Shown piece by piece: positions 41,286 through 55,099 of a stretch of DNA of 64,000 nt. This DNA comes from Octopus bimaculoides (lineage: Eukaryota): contig NC_068985.1 of assembly GCF_001194135.2 (NCBI RefSeq), positions 35,918,695 to 35,982,694 on the forward strand, written 5' to 3'. Made by a program: the position numbers and the translations under genes. The notes under the pieces were generated by a model that was not told the origin of the DNA, ran no database searches, and saw only the letters and a list, made by a program, of their open reading frames with translations. Positions within the stretch are counted from its first letter, which is position 1. The number at the start of each line of letters is the position of its first letter.

Positions 41286-43187
41286 TATATTGCAACAGTT
41301 AACAGAATATAGAAAGAAGGGTAAAATCGATAACTATATAATCCAACCAAAATATCCCAGTTATGCAAACGTAAACAGTATTACTATTTAGCCTTAAAAT
41401 ACATCGTACATATTCAGAGAACCCTCTTGGTTTAGTGGTACGGAACGTTTTTCTGGTATTCTTTTACTCTTTTACTTATTTCAGTCATTTGACAGTGCTT
41501 TAGAATTTGCAGATGTGGAAGAGGTGAATAAAAAAAAAACAACAGAAGCATTAAAAGCATCACTTCACAAAAGTTCCAGCACTGCTTCAAACAGTGGAAA
41601 ATGCACCTGGACTGATGCAGTGCTTCATCATCACCACCATCAGTTAACATCCATTGTCCATGCTGGCATGGGTTAGATGGTTTGACCAGTGTTGGTAAGC
41701 TGAGGAGTTGCACCAGACTCCAGTCTGATTTAGCATGGTTTCTATACCTGGAAGCCCTTCCTAATGCCAACTATTCCAAAAACGTAACCACTTTCAGAGT
41801 GTAATGGAGAATATTTTGAAGGTAATAAAAGTGTAAACATATAAAACTGAGTGAATAAAATAATACTGCAAAATTCCAGTTTCTTTTGGGTACTCCTTCA
41901 TATTTCTTACATATAAAAATAAGTTGTACTTATTTTTATTCTAATGTAACATCTGTTCTCCTTCAGTTATTTGAACTACTTTAGGCCCTTAACCTTGCAA
42001 GTTATGAGGTGATAATTATTAATGTTGGAGCCATGAAAAAAAACAGTGTACTCTGTGAAGTGGTTGGCATTAGGAAGTACATCTGGCTGAAGAAATCATG
42101 CCAAAGTAGTCATTGATGCACGAGCTAGTCTTCCAACTTGTCAGATCCTGTCAAATTGTCTAGCTCATGGAAGACAAAACATTAAATGATGAGGATGTAG
42201 CATATAGAAAAGTAACATGTTTTAGGTAGAAATGGAAGTGCACCAGAATGAAGTGTCATCACCAGCATTTTATGTCTACTTTTCCATGCTGGCATAAGTT
42301 GGGCAGTTTTTCAGAGTTAGTGTTATGCTGCCAGTTGCCTTTCCTGTTGCAATTCCTTTTAGTTACCTCCTGTGGCATGTAGGGATGCAATGTATCTATT
42401 CTAAAACTGGGATACACATAATAAAAGAGCACCTGACTAAATGACACACAGTATATAGCAAGCCCATAAGGAAGATTGTGTGCAGTCACTTAAGCTGATT
42501 GGAAATAGCAAACAAGCCTTTATGAAATCAAACTTAACTGTGTTAAAAGAAAATGAGAATATAGTTATTGATCATAGATGACTTGCAGTTAAATGCAGTA
42601 TTTAGTTTTTCCTGCTTAATTTCTGGTTTCAACTTCTGCTTGGTTTAACTGTGTTTTATAAGATTATGCACCTGTAATAAACCAAATAAATTCACTTGAC
42701 TTCACTCTAGCCTTTATAAGAATTGCTATAGTGTTTAGTCAGTAGAAAACATTATAACCTGTACATTTCATATATAAAATGGTGTAGGGTAGTGGTCAGT
42801 AAAGAAGTACCTATCCAAGATGGTGGATTGGCAGAACTGTAAGAGCAAACTGGATGCCTTGCAATATTTGTTCCTGTTCTTTGCAGTATTTGTTCTTGCT
42901 CAAATCTCACCATGGTCTACTTAGCCACCTGGTTTAACACATCCACCTGACATCTTGGGAAACATTCGGACTGGATTTCTGATTTGAGGATACCTTCTTC
43001 CCTCTATTTGACTAATCTTGGAAACCCTGTAACAAGTCAAGGGTACTGCCTTTCCTCTTGACTAAAAGATTATAAAAATCCCTACAAATGGTGTTGGCTA
43101 TAACAATGCTATTCTCCCATTTTTTTTTTATCAGTAAAAGCCAACTTCAAATTAATATTGAGTCATTCTATAATATTTATTTCATAG

Positions 43188-43240
43188 GATTTTGATTGCT
43201 GTTCCTTGACTCTTCAACCTTGCCGGAATCCTGTCATAAC
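43188..43240 (+). CDS. NOSIP: NOSIP coding exon 2
   Basis: TTCATAG|GAT; DFDCCSLTLQPCRNPVIT (start of the U-box-like domain); AC|GTAAGT, phase 2. Confidence 0.97.
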
Positions 43241-43739
43241 GTAAGTAATGGTCTTAGGTTTCAAAGTTATGCAGGATTATAAACCATTGAAACAAAAGTT
43301 GACTGCAATTCTCATATGTAAAATAACTTTTGTAATTGTCTGTTAATACCTGTTGTGTGTTTAGATCCTACTAAAGTTAATTTTTCCTTTTTTTTATTGA
43401 CAAGATATAATATCAGTGAAATACTAAGGAGGGATTTTCACTCCAGTGTGTAACTTTAGCCTAATGGAATATATATATATTTTTATGTGTGTGTGTGTGT
43501 GTGTGTGCAGGCATAACTATGTGGTAAGAAGCTTGCTTCTCAGCCACAAGGTTTCAGGTTCAGTCCCACTGTGTGGTACCTTGCACAAGTGTTTTCTACT
43601 ATAGACTGAAGCTGACCAAAGTCTTGTGAGTAGATTTGGTAGATGGAAACTGAAAGAAGCCCGTCATGTGTGTGTGTGTGTCATGAAGAATATATGCTCT
43701 TTCAAAGGTGTCAATCCCATCCTTAATCTGCTTCCTCTA

Positions 43740-43880
43740 TCATCTGTGGCAATGACTGGCATTACTCTCCCAGTCAGTCTCCTGCATATCACAAGCCTTT
43801 AATGAGGACTTGATACAGTCGTTAAAACACAGCCTTGGTTTCTGCCAGGGTCTCTTTCCACTAACAAGTTCCCCATATAG
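43740..43880 (-). mobile_element. RTE (BovB-like) C-terminal fragment
   Basis: KQMLYGELVSGKRPWQKPRLCFNDCIKSSLK. Confidence 0.7.
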
Positions 43881-44095
43881 CATTTGTTTAGAGATATTTT
43901 GTATCAATCTAAGATTGTAGGATATTACTTTAAAAGTTATATTATTTCTTTGAGTCAAGCAAGCTGAAGATATATTACAACTCCTACTTTATAGTTGAAA
44001 AGACATCCAGCTTATGATTCAGTAAATCAAGCAATTGTCAAAAATGTCAGAACAATATGAGAAATAGTTAATGTTTCAAACATTCAGTTAGATTC

Positions 44096-44380
44096 ATGGT
44101 GTTTGGAGTGATCACCAGCGATGGCGACGTTATGCCTCCATTCATCTTCCCACATGGCCTCAGACTCAACATGGAGGACTACATCAAGTGCCGGGAGGAG
44201 GTAGTGCTGCCCTGGGTCAACTGGGTGGCTACAAGAAGACCCTATGCCTGGTAACAAGACTTCGTACCATGCCACACAAGCAGGAAAACCCAGTCATGGC
44301 TGTCAGACAATTTCTGCAACTACATCACCCCTGACATCTGGTCGCTTAATTCTCCACACTGCAACCCCTTGGATTATTAT
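44096..44380 (+). mobile_element. maT-like (DD37D) transposase fragment
   Basis: MVFGVITSDGDVMPPFIF...W*QDFVPCH...WSLNSPHCNPLDYY; 37 residues between the two D. Confidence 0.85.
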
Positions 44381-45145
44381 TTAGATTTTCTTTGTTAAGT
44401 ATTTCCTTAATTTTTATTAATTACTCATAGTGTGGTAATGGACGAGTGGTCTCCCTTACTTAAACTACTTGAGTTGTATTTGTTGAATAGAATATTAATG
44501 TAGTATTATTTGTTGAATCTTTTTTTCATTCAGTTGTTTTTGAGCAAGGTATGCTACAATATAATTCTTTCTTAATGGATTTGTTTTGTCATGAATATAT
44601 TTAGAAAAGCTAAGCTCCTGGTGAAAACATTTCATTCTTCTAAAGCACAAATCTAGGTGAGAATTTCCATGGGACCATATTTGGTATTATGTGTGGAGGC
44701 AACACTTATTTTTTTCTCATTTATTTAAGTGCTGATGCTCTTATACAGGTCGATTTGTTTAGCACCTGAGTGCATGATGTTTTCACATAGACTCTTGATG
44801 AGAATTTCTATATTAGGATGAGATGGTACCTAAAATTCTCTGTATTTTATGTAGACATCATCATCATCATCATCGTCGTTTAACGTCCGCTTTCCATGCT
44901 AGCATGGGTTGGACGATTTGATTGAGGACTGGTGAAACCGGATGGCAACACCAGGCTCCAATCTAATTTGGCAGAGTTTCTACAGCTGGATGTCCTTCCT
45001 AACGCCAACCACTCAGAGAGTGCTTGGCTTTACATACATCATGTCAGACCCTAATGGCTGATGACCAGGCATATGTAAAGCTAAGCACTCTATGGATGTT
45101 CACACCATGGGTAACCTTATGAACTGGCCATTACTAGCTTTAAAG

Positions 45146-45181
<36 letters not shown>

Positions 45182-45689
45182 TTTTATTAATATTTGGCAG
45201 AAGTAACAGAATGACTCAAGGTCTAAGGGTTTTGTGTGGTATTTATATATCACCGTATCAGCCTGACTATTGGACGTTGTTGTACATTGCTGGTCACAAT
45301 GGGCTTCTAATTCTTTCCTGATTGGATTATTCTTTTCCATCTTGGCCTAAATCATTTCATTATATCAACATGAGGCACAGGTAAAAGGAGTAAAGACCTC
45401 CTTCGGTCACGAATGATCATGGGATTATACCTAGAAAGTTCCCCTCCTAGGCACAAGTCCAGGTAAGCTTGTTCATGGAAGACCAGTAGTCGCCAATGCA
45501 TATCAGCTTCTCCTCTCTATGCCACTGATTTTGTCCATGGGAAAGGCAAAGGCCGATACAGCTTGGCACCAGTGATGTTGCAGCTCATTTCTACAGCTGA
45601 ATGAACTGGAGCAACACAAAACAAAGTGTCTTGCTCAAGAACACAACAAAGCCTGGTCCGGAAATCAAACTCACAACCTCACATGGCAG

Positions 45690-46268
45690 TGAAACATGGG
45701 CTGTGACTGCTGAGGACATGCGCTTGAAAGAAATGAAGTTAGTATGCTTTGTTGGATGTGCATTGTCAGTGTGCATGTATGACAAAGTGTGAACATCTTG
45801 AGAGAAAAGTTGGGCATAAGAAGCATCAGCTGTGGTGTGCAAGAGAGACAACACTAGTATGGTCATGTGGTATGTATGGACGAGGACAGCTGTGTAAGAA
45901 ATTACCGATTTCTAACTGTAGAGGGAGCCTGTGGAAGAGGTAGATCCAGGAAGATGTGAGGTGGTGAAGCATGATCTTCAAATGGGCCTCACAGAGGCAA
46001 TGAGAAGTGACCAAGACCTTTGGTGATACGCCCTACTTGAGAAGACGCATCAAGCCAGTTGATGTCAGTGGCACATAAAAGCACCCATGCTGGTTGCACA
46101 TAAGGAGCACCCATTACACTCTTGGAGTGGTTGGCATTCGGAAAGGCATCCAGCTGTAGAACCATGCCAAATCAGACTGGAACTTGATGCAGCCCTCAGC
46201 TTACTAGTTCCAGCCTAACTGTCTAGCCCATACCAGCATGGAAGCAGATGCTAAATGATGATGATGAT
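45690..46268 (+). mobile_element. RTE LINE 3' fragment with (GAT)n tail
   Basis: HGSETWAVTAEDMR motif followed by the family 3' end. Confidence 0.8.
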
Positions 46269-46581
46269 GTGTATTAACCAATAAAGTCAACTATCATGAA
46301 AAATAGAGAATATACTACCAATCATCAATGCTTGCAAATAATTTGTCTAATATTTTAGTATTCTAAACTTGGTAACTATTTTCAAGAAAGTTAGTTACAA
46401 TATAGGAATAACTAATGGGAAATATTCAATAAGTTAGTATTTGTCAATTTTTGTAGCAGTTTATATTTAAACTGCCAAATATATATAAATATATAAGTTC
46501 ATATCTTAACTTCATAAATTGTTTTATTGTTATTGTTAATTTTGATTGTTTAATTCTATAAGTCCATTTTTGTTCTTGTAG

Positions 46582-46693
46582 ACCTGATGGCCATCTTTAT
46601 GATAAAGAAGCTATTCTGGAATATATTATTCACAAGAAGAAAGAAATTGCTTTAAAACTGAAGAAGTATGAAAAGCAAAAGTCTAAAAATGAA
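46582..46693 (+). CDS. NOSIP: NOSIP coding exon 3
   Basis: TTGTAG|A; PDGHLYDKEAILEYIIHKKKEIALKLKKYEKQKSKNE; GAA|GTATGT, phase 0. Confidence 0.97.
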
Positions 46694-48738
46694 GTATGTA
46701 TTCATATATTTAAGTTTAAGCTTAGCAGATCAAAAGGATTTGTTACTAAAGTGGAAAAATAACCCAAAAAAACCTGACAGCCTCATTGATTAAGGCTAGA
46801 TTACAATCTCATGAGTTGTATGTCTGCTGTTTAGATAGTGTTATTTTTTTGAGTAATGTACTTATTTCTATGTTCTTCAGTTTGCTAAACTTTGAGTAAT
46901 AGGATTTAGACACGCGAATATTTCTAGTAATAAACTGACATCCTAATTACTGAAATTACGACTCTCTTGTGATCATATACAACTTGTTTTACATTTTTAT
47001 TTTCAGTTTTCCAAATCTAAATTGAGTGGAGACATTTCTTTCTACAAGCCTTTTCAAACACATTCTATGATGCTAATGTCAAGTTAAGAACATCTGGTTT
47101 TATCTGACATTGTAGCTGGCAGTGGGGAGGATATCTAACTGCATTCTCATGAAATACAATATTATATTGAATATAATAATTATCATCATTGTTGTCATAA
47201 AGTAAAAAAAAAGTAATGTGTTAGAATTTTTTAGATAAATTGATAGAACATTTGTTTACTCTGTTGAGATTTATATTTAGATAAATTGATAAAACATTTG
47301 TTTACTTATTTATCATTATCTTAGAATTAAAAATGTAATCAGTAGATAAATTAATAAAATGTTTGTTTATTCTATTAAACAAGTGTTATGTTTGCTAATA
47401 CAGAGATTAAATCTTGCTTTACGTGGGATATAGTATTAAGTGTATTCAGTTGTAGTCATAAATGGGATATGAAATAACACGAATAACTTGTGTCGCTTTG
47501 AGGACAAAAGCATAATCTGTCTGTCTGTTGTTTTAATATCCACTTTTCCATTCTTGCATTGGTTGGATTGAATTTTTATGAGGAAGAGATTTTCTATGAC
47601 TAGATGCTCTTCCTGTTGCCAACCCTCAGCTGTTTCCGAGTAAGGCAATAAAATAATTCCCTATAAGATGAACGGAGGACACTGCCTGCATGATTGTGAC
47701 TCTCATTTACAACTATCACATGATGTCAAGACAAGGAGACAGTAACATATACATCTGTCTGTCTGTCTATCAGCACACACACACAGAGAGGCCTGTAATT
47801 TGATGACATGTCCTAACACATCTTCACCTTCTCCTCTCTCCTTTTCCCACTGGAGTAGTCATGTAACCTCACTGGTGCTGGTGCCATGTAAAAGGCACTT
47901 TGCACACTCTGTAAAGTGGTTCGCTTCAGGAAGGGCATTCAGCCTTACAAACCCTGCCAAAGCAGACAGTAGGGCTTGGTATGCCAGCTCCGGTCAAACC
48001 ATCCATCCCATACAGTATGGAAGGCAGATATTTGATGATGATGATGATATATGTGTGTATTTGTGTGTGGGTGTTTGTGTCTCTTTGTGTTGACATTGCA
48101 TGATTATTGTGACTGAGTGTCACTGTCATATGAACAGTGCCATCATTCATTTCCAACATTCTGAGAAAACATATCTGGATGTGGGGAAATATTACTTTGC
48201 TTAGAAACAGGTATGGGTTCGTGACAGGAAGGGCATCTGGCTATAGAGAAATCTACCTTAGTAAACTCCATCTGACCCATGCAGGCATGGAAAAGGGGAC
48301 ATTAAAATGGTGGTGGTGGTGATGATGGGGATGATCTTTGTACAGAGGGTGAGGAATAGTGCTTTTATGTGGGGATTGTAGTAGTATTTTGGAGTATCAT
48401 TGATATGTCAGGTGTGAGGTGAAGATTGTACATGTAGAAGCAGGAACTTTTATGGTTGAAGTCTGCTGCAGCAACAAGCTATGTCCTTTGCAGGTGGTCT
48501 TTGATTTTGAGTATCTTTATTTTATTATGAAGATAATCTTTGTGCATCCTGTGATGACAGAAATTGCAGTTGTTTTTGTTTTTTTAGATTGTTGTGGTTT
48601 ATTGGTGAGGGATTGGCAATATCATTACTTTATTAGAACTTTATTTGGTTCTAATTTTCATCATTCTCGCCTTATCTGCTACCACCACCACCATCACCAT
48701 TACTGCCTATCTCAAGAAGAGATGTTCAACTTACTAGA

Positions 48739-49127
48739 GTGGAGGTGCAATGGCCCAGTGGTTAGGGCAGCGGGCTTGTGGTCAGGATCACAGTTTCGAT
48801 TCCCAGACCGGGCGTTGTGAGTGTTTATTGAGCAAAAAACACCTAAAGCTCCACGAGGCTCCGGCAGGGGATGGTGGCGAACCCTGTTGTACTCTTCCAC
48901 CACAACTTTCTCTCACTCTTTCTTCCTGTTTCTGTTGTACCTGTATTTCAAAGGGGCCAGCCTTGTCACACTATGTCACGCTGAATATCCCCGAGAACTA
49001 CGTTAAGTGTACACGTGTCTGTGGAGCGCTCAGCCACTTGCACGTTAATTTCACGAGCAGGCTGTTCCATTGATCGGATCAACTGGAACCCTCGACGTCG
49101 TAAGCGACGGAGTGCCAACAACAACAA
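48739..49127 (+). mobile_element. SINE family B, full copy with a 12-bp TSD, nested in an older repeat
   Basis: TSD CAACTTACTAGA at 48727-48738 and 49128-49139; A and B boxes; (CAA)n tail. Confidence 0.9.
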
Positions 49128-49766
49128 CAACTTACTAGAAATAGCATACCTACTATCTCTAAAAAAGGATGAGCACATTGATAATGTAGTCTTGGATATA
49201 CAAAAGTTGTGATGGTCAATGCTAAAACATTTTGATCGTAGGCTAACTTGCGACTAAACAACAACAATCGTTGTCACCAACAAATGCAGGTTTACAGGAA
49301 AAGTATTTATATGAAGTTGTCAACAACAGAGAATATCTAGTTTAATTGTGATTATTTTGATGCAATTGTTTTATTGTTAGAATATTTACAAACAACTAAA
49401 TTGAATCCCAATCTATATATATATATCATATGAAACAAATCATTCAGGTTAATTACTCAGTGACACTATCCACTTGAAAAACAATAGTTAAGTTAGTTTT
49501 GGCAAGTGTGTGTGTGTGTGTGTTAGTGAGAGAAAGAGAGAGAGAGAGAGACCATTGCTTATGTTGTATCCCTTTATATTTAACTTTGCAGTTTGACAAA
49601 TAGAATTGAAGTACTATAGTCAATGTGATTGACTAATCCCTTGAAAGTAGTGCCCCAGCATGGTCACAGACCACTGCCTGAAACCAGTAGAAGAATAAGA
49701 GTCCTCAGACCTCTATGTCCATGAATTCATCATTTATCTATTGGATATGTGTAATTTATATTTTAG

Positions 49767-49872
49767 GCAGAACAATTAGAAATTGGTCAAGCAGAAGCTG
49801 AGAGCCAGAAGAAGGCATTCATGGAAAATGAAGTGAATCCTGTGAAGATGATAAATAACTCAACTGAAGAAG
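49767..49872 (+). CDS. NOSIP: NOSIP coding exon 4
   Basis: TTTTAG|GCA; AEQLEIGQAEAESQKKAFMENEVNPVKMINNSTEE; G|GTCTGT, phase 1. Keeps frame with both flanking exons; this linker region is poorly conserved. Confidence 0.88.
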
Positions 49873-49924
49873 GTCTGTTGAAAATTAGAGATTTTCACCT
49901 TTGTTATATCCAATAATTGTGTCA

Positions 49925-50680
49925 TTACTCTTTTACTTGTTTCAGTCATTTGACTGCGGCCATGCTGGAGCACCGCCTTTAGTCGAGCAAATCGACCCCA
50001 GGACTTATTCTTTGGAAGCCTAGTACTTATTCTATCGGGCTCTTTTGCCGAACTGCTAAGTTACGGGGACGTAAACACACCACCATAGGTTGTCAAGCGA
50101 TGTTGGTGGGGACAAACACAGACACACAAACATATATATATATATATATANNNNNNNNNNNNNNNNNNNNNNNNNNNNNNNNNNNNNNNNNNNNNNNNNN
50201 NNNNNNNNNNNNNNNNNNNNNNNNNNNNNNNNNNNNNNNNNNNNNNNNNNNNNNNNNNNNNNNNNNNNNNNNNNNNNNNNNNNNATACATGTACATATAT
50301 ACGATGGGCTTCTTTCAGTTTCCGTCTACCAAATCCACTCACAAGGCTTTGGTCGGCCCGAGGCTATAGCAGAAGACACTTGCCCAAGGTGCCACGCAGT
50401 GGGAATGAACCCAGAATCATGTCGTTGGTAAGCAAGCTACTTACCACACAGCCACTCCTGCGCCTATTGTTTCTTTTCACTTTGTTATGATTTTATTTGT
50501 GTATAGCTGCAGGTGTGACTGTATGGTAAGAAGTTTACTTTTCAACCATGTGGATCTGGGTTCAGTTTCAACACATGACATCTTGGGCAAGTGTCTCCTA
50601 CTATAGCCCCAGGTTGACCAAAGCCTTGTGAATCGATTTGGTTGATGGAAACTGAAAGAAGCCCATTGTATATATGTATG
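49925..50680. mobile_element. Head-to-head SINE family C pair (- then +)
   Basis: Minus copy ends at ~50465 and plus copy starts at ~50510; the head sequences are mutually complementary. Confidence 0.8.
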
Positions 50681-51340
50681 TGTGTGTGTGCCTCCTTCTG
50701 TTGACTTCACATGATGGTTGTAGATGAGTGTCATACAAGCAATATCATTCGTTTCTAATATTTTGCAAAAACATGGCTGGCCTTGGGTAAATATTATTTT
50801 GCATAGAAACAAGTAAGGCTTGACAAATGGAAGGACTTTTGGTCATAGAAAATCTACCTTAAATAAACTCCATCCAACCCATGCAAGCATGGAAAAGTGG
50901 AAGTTAAGTGGTGATGATGATGATGATGTATCTACACACTTGCACACTATTCTAGCTGGAAGTGAGAGAATTAATTTGTTCCTCTGAGTGAAATGTGTAT
51001 ATGATGAAACCAAGGCCAATGAACGAGCCAGTGAAGAAACCTCTATATGGTTGTTCAATCTGCTGTAAATAGCTGCGAAATTCACTCAAATTTCAAGGAA
51101 ATGCCATGTGGTGTTTCTTTTGGTTCTCTGTACTTTGAGTTCAACTTTGCTGTATATTTTGTATGTTTTTACTTAAATAGAATAATCTAATCTTTAGAAC
51201 AAACAGAGCAGTACATTAATACAAGCCTGTTAAACCCATACCGTTCTTTGGGAAAAGAGACACTCAAATAATAATGATGATAATTTATTCATTGTTTTAT
51301 TTATTTATTTATTTATGAATTTCTTTATTTCATTTGTCAG

Positions 51341-51459
51341 CAAGCACTAGTCGTAGCACAAGTATTAGTAACATGAAACAAGGAAAGGACAAAGCTTTGC
51401 CTAGCTTTTGGTTACCGTGTCTGACCCCAAGTGCGAGTGCATCTGTCATGACAAAGCCT
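51341..51459 (+). CDS. NOSIP: NOSIP coding exon 5
   Basis: TTGTCAG|CA; ASTSRSTSISNMKQGKDKALPSFWLPCLTPSASASVMTKP (conserved LPSFW.P.LTP); CCT|GTAAGT. Confidence 0.96.
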
Positions 51460-53179
51460 GTAAGTATTATCTTTCCTTTTTATTCAATCAGTTTTCATCT
51501 AAGCAAATAAAATTTTCATTATGTTTCTTAGGCCCTGAAATGTAAGTTGGTATAAAAATAATTACTGCATCTGAGATATGTGGTGTATTGCTGTACTTGA
51601 CAGAGGTCTGAGAAATGTGGCACATTTCTGTACTCAAGCAAACCCATCCACCACAACAGAAGTGAGATCCTAAAACCAAAGTGCCATGTACAAAAAGCAT
51701 TGGTGTGGGTGCTGGTGCCATGTAGAAATCACTGATAATGGTGCTACATAAAAAGCACCCAGTACTCTCTGTAAATAGGTTGATGTTAGGAAGGGCATCC
51801 AGGCATAGAAACAAAGCCAAAACAGACTGTGGAGCCTGGCGCGGTCCCTGGCCTTGCCAGTTCCTGTCAAACCATCCAACCCATACCAGCGTGGAAAATA
51901 ACATTAAATATTGGTGGTGGTGGTGGTGGTCGTGGTGAGGAGGAGGAGGAGGAGGATTAATTTATGTTCATATTCTAAAAAATTATCAGTATTAGAGTTA
52001 ACTCATTTTCCTATATATATTTATCAGTATTATAGTTGAATATAGCAAAATGAGTTAATTCAACTGTAAGCATTACATACACATGTGAGGGAGACTATAC
52101 GTAGTCAAATCAACAGAGTATTTCTATGCGGTCCAAGCCACTGAAGGAGTGTCCACATACTCACTCTACCTGCTAGAAATAACTGCTAAATGCCTTCAAA
52201 TCCATTCAACTGTCTAAAAAAGGAAGGATACACCTAGTGTACCTAGATATACAAATAGACTGGATGTGCCCCTACATTTGCATGCATGTCATAAGTCTGT
52301 TCATTCATGGCTGATCTTGGGCTAAATAATAACAAATACATTTTGTGTTGATTTCTTTTTTAAGTTAATTTTGTTTGCCCTCCTTTTGCCCTAATTTTAT
52401 TGCCTTATATATAATTTAAATCTTAATTCTATTGTGTTCCTTTACATTTGATTGTAGATACGTTTAAAATATGTATAATTATGATTGTAGATATTTTAAA
52501 AATATGTATAATTAATCTACAGTACCTGAATCCATATTCATATATAACCGTATAATTAAATATATACAAATAAACCACATCATAAGCATGCACACGCATG
52601 CACACGCATGCACACACATTAGAGTTACATTTGAACTGGAAAGTTTTATTTCTGACATTGGCTTTCCATGTTTTATAATAGCAATGTCATAACACTCATA
52701 CATAAAAGAAAGTAAATAAATAAATAATGAAAAGGAACTTAGTTAACTGATATTATTATTCATCCTAGAAATATAATTAATGTTAGAAAAATATATGATT
52801 ATATATTTTATCATATTTTAGAAACATGTATAAAATTACTCATCTAAGAAATATAGCCAAAATATAACTTGACAGTTATATATCTATGTGTGTAAGTAAG
52901 AGCTACCTACTTCAACACAAATAAAAGTTAACAAAAAAATAATTTTTGAATTTTACTATTTCCAATTGTTTACTCACACATAATTCGCTTGCAGTGAGCA
53001 TTTATGTTTGAAAACATATTTTTGAAAGACATATGATAATTTTTCAGCAATGTTTTCAGATATAAAGCATAGCTGTTGTACAGATAATCATTATTTTTCA
53101 CTGAAAATATATACTGTATCAGATCTGAATTGTTTACTATTTTGATATCAGTAAACTTATCTGCTATTTGTCATTGTAG

Positions 53180-53296
53180 GATGAAAAGGTTCGTTGCCCA
53201 ATGAGTGGAAAACCTATAAAGCTAAAAGATCTCATTGATATTACTTTCACACCAATAAATGATAGGGATACAAAGACTTCCCTTATAACAAAACAG
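53180..53296 (+). CDS. NOSIP: NOSIP coding exon 6
   Basis: TTGTAG|GAT; DEKVRCPMSGKPIKLKDLIDITFTPINDRDTKTSLITKQ (conserved CPMSGKP); CAG|GTAAAT. Confidence 0.97.
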
Positions 53297-53488
53297 GTAA
53301 ATTTTTCTTTCATATTTCTAATTTATATACTTTCTGCTAACTCTAGTAATATAGGTTTTTATCACAAACTGGTTAGGACAAATTCTTTAAATGACTAATT
53401 TCGTACTTTTAACATTATATATATATATATCATCATCATCATCATCATCATCGTTTAACGTCTATATATATATATATATATATTTATT

Positions 53489-53915
53489 CCGGTGGCACGT
53501 AAAATGCATCATCCGAAAGTGGTCGATGACTGTCTCCCCTGCCGGTGGCACGTAAAAAGCACCATCTGAACGTGGTTGATGCCAGGTCCGCCTGACTGGC
53601 TCCTGTACCAGTGGCACATAAAAAGCACCATCTGAACGTGGCTGATGCCAGTACCCTTTGACTGGCTCCCATGCCAGTGGCATGTAAAATGCACTACCTG
53701 AATGTGATCAATGCCAGGCCTGCCTGACTGGCTCCTGTGCTGGTGGCACATAAAAAGCACCCACTACACTCTCGGAGTGGTTGGCATTAGGAAAGGCATC
53801 CAGTTGTAGAAACACTGCCAGATCTGGTACAGCTGCTGGTTCTCCAGACCTCAATCAAACCATCCAACCCATGTCACCATGGAAAACGGATGTTAAACGA
53901 TGATGATGATGATGA
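53489..53915 (+). repeat. RTE 3'UTR with a 66-bp tandem array
   Basis: Units start at 53489, 53542, 53608, 53674 and 53740; then the family end and a (GAT)n tail. Confidence 0.85.
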
Positions 53916-54485
53916 TACATCATTGTAATAAAGTAATGTGATGATTATGATGGTCTTAATTTTGCTATCACAGTTTTATATGACTGAAGGCAGTCAACAG
54001 AATTGTTACAGTATAGGACAATGCTCTGTGGTAATTATTCTGGCTCTTTGCATTCTCACTTCAACTCTTAACACAGCCAGCTTTGTTTTTTTTTTCTGTT
54101 TCCAGAACTGATAGTAAAGTACTAGTTGTTCAACGCCATACTGGTGATGATTTTTCTCCCCCCCCCCTCTCTCACACACACACACAGCTATGCTATACTG
54201 TCACAGATACAATTGTGGGAGATTACTCATTGCGTTCCTTTCTTATAAGAAATGAAGGATAGTTTTGCTAAGAGCTGGCAGCCTCTTTCTCTTTTTGCAT
54301 GCTACAAAAGCATCCAAAGAAATCAAAGAATATTGTGAACAAGGATGAGCCATCTGTTCTATAATAGGGAATGTGTTAAAAAGAATTATATGATAGGCTT
54401 TTAGTGTTAGCTAAGCTAGTATTGATTTAAAAGAAAGCAAAACATACTTATGGCAGTGATATTCTCATGAAGGACAAGAAAAATA

Positions 54486-55070
54486 CAGGGGTTGGACAAG
54501 ATAATGGCAACACCTTGAAATTTCAAACAAATTTATTTTAATATGGGTTAGGACCACTTTTGGCAGTAATTACAGCTTGAATTCTATGAGGTATGGACTC
54601 ATACAACGTTTGAATTGTTTCCAAAGGAATTTTTGTCCATTCTTCAGCTAAAACAGTCTCCAGTTCTTGCAGTGATGATGGTGGAGGATATCAACTCTTT
54701 TTCCTGTTTTTCTAAAATGCACCACAAATGTTCTCTAATATTGAGATCTGAGGACTGTGGTGGCCAGATAAGATGTTCAACTTCACCAGAATGTTCCTCG
54801 TGCCATTCAGTAACAACTTTAGCTGTGTGAATTGATGCCTCATCATCCTGAAAGATTGCGTTTCCCTCCAGAAATAGTTCCGCAACCATAGGATGAATTT
54901 GATCAGATAAAATGCTTAAATAGTCTTAACTATTAATTCTGCCATGAAGGGAAACCATTGGGCCAGCAGATTACCAAGATATATTACCCCAGATCATCAC
55001 AAATTCTCCTCCATGTTTAACAGTTGGTAGAAGGCAGCCTAGGTCAAATGCTTCTTTTGGCTGTCTCTAC
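54486..55070 (-). mobile_element. Tc1-like fragment, apparent DD36E spacing
   Basis: TA-preceded end CAGGGGTTGGACAAGATAATGG; FQDDEASIHTA...WPPQSSDLNIREHLW. Confidence 0.8.
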
Positions 55071-55099
55071 ATGTATACTGGGCTGGTGATTTGAAATAA

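Noticed and set aside
47232-47371. Three copies of a ~28-bp AT-rich motif (TAGATAAATTGATARAACATTTGTTTA)
   Set aside because: Ordinary local tandem duplication with no sign of function.
53489-53760. Regularly spaced repeats resembling a CRISPR array
   Set aside because: Whole 66-bp units are homologous with no unique spacers, they lie within an RTE 3'UTR, and the context is eukaryotic with no cas genes.
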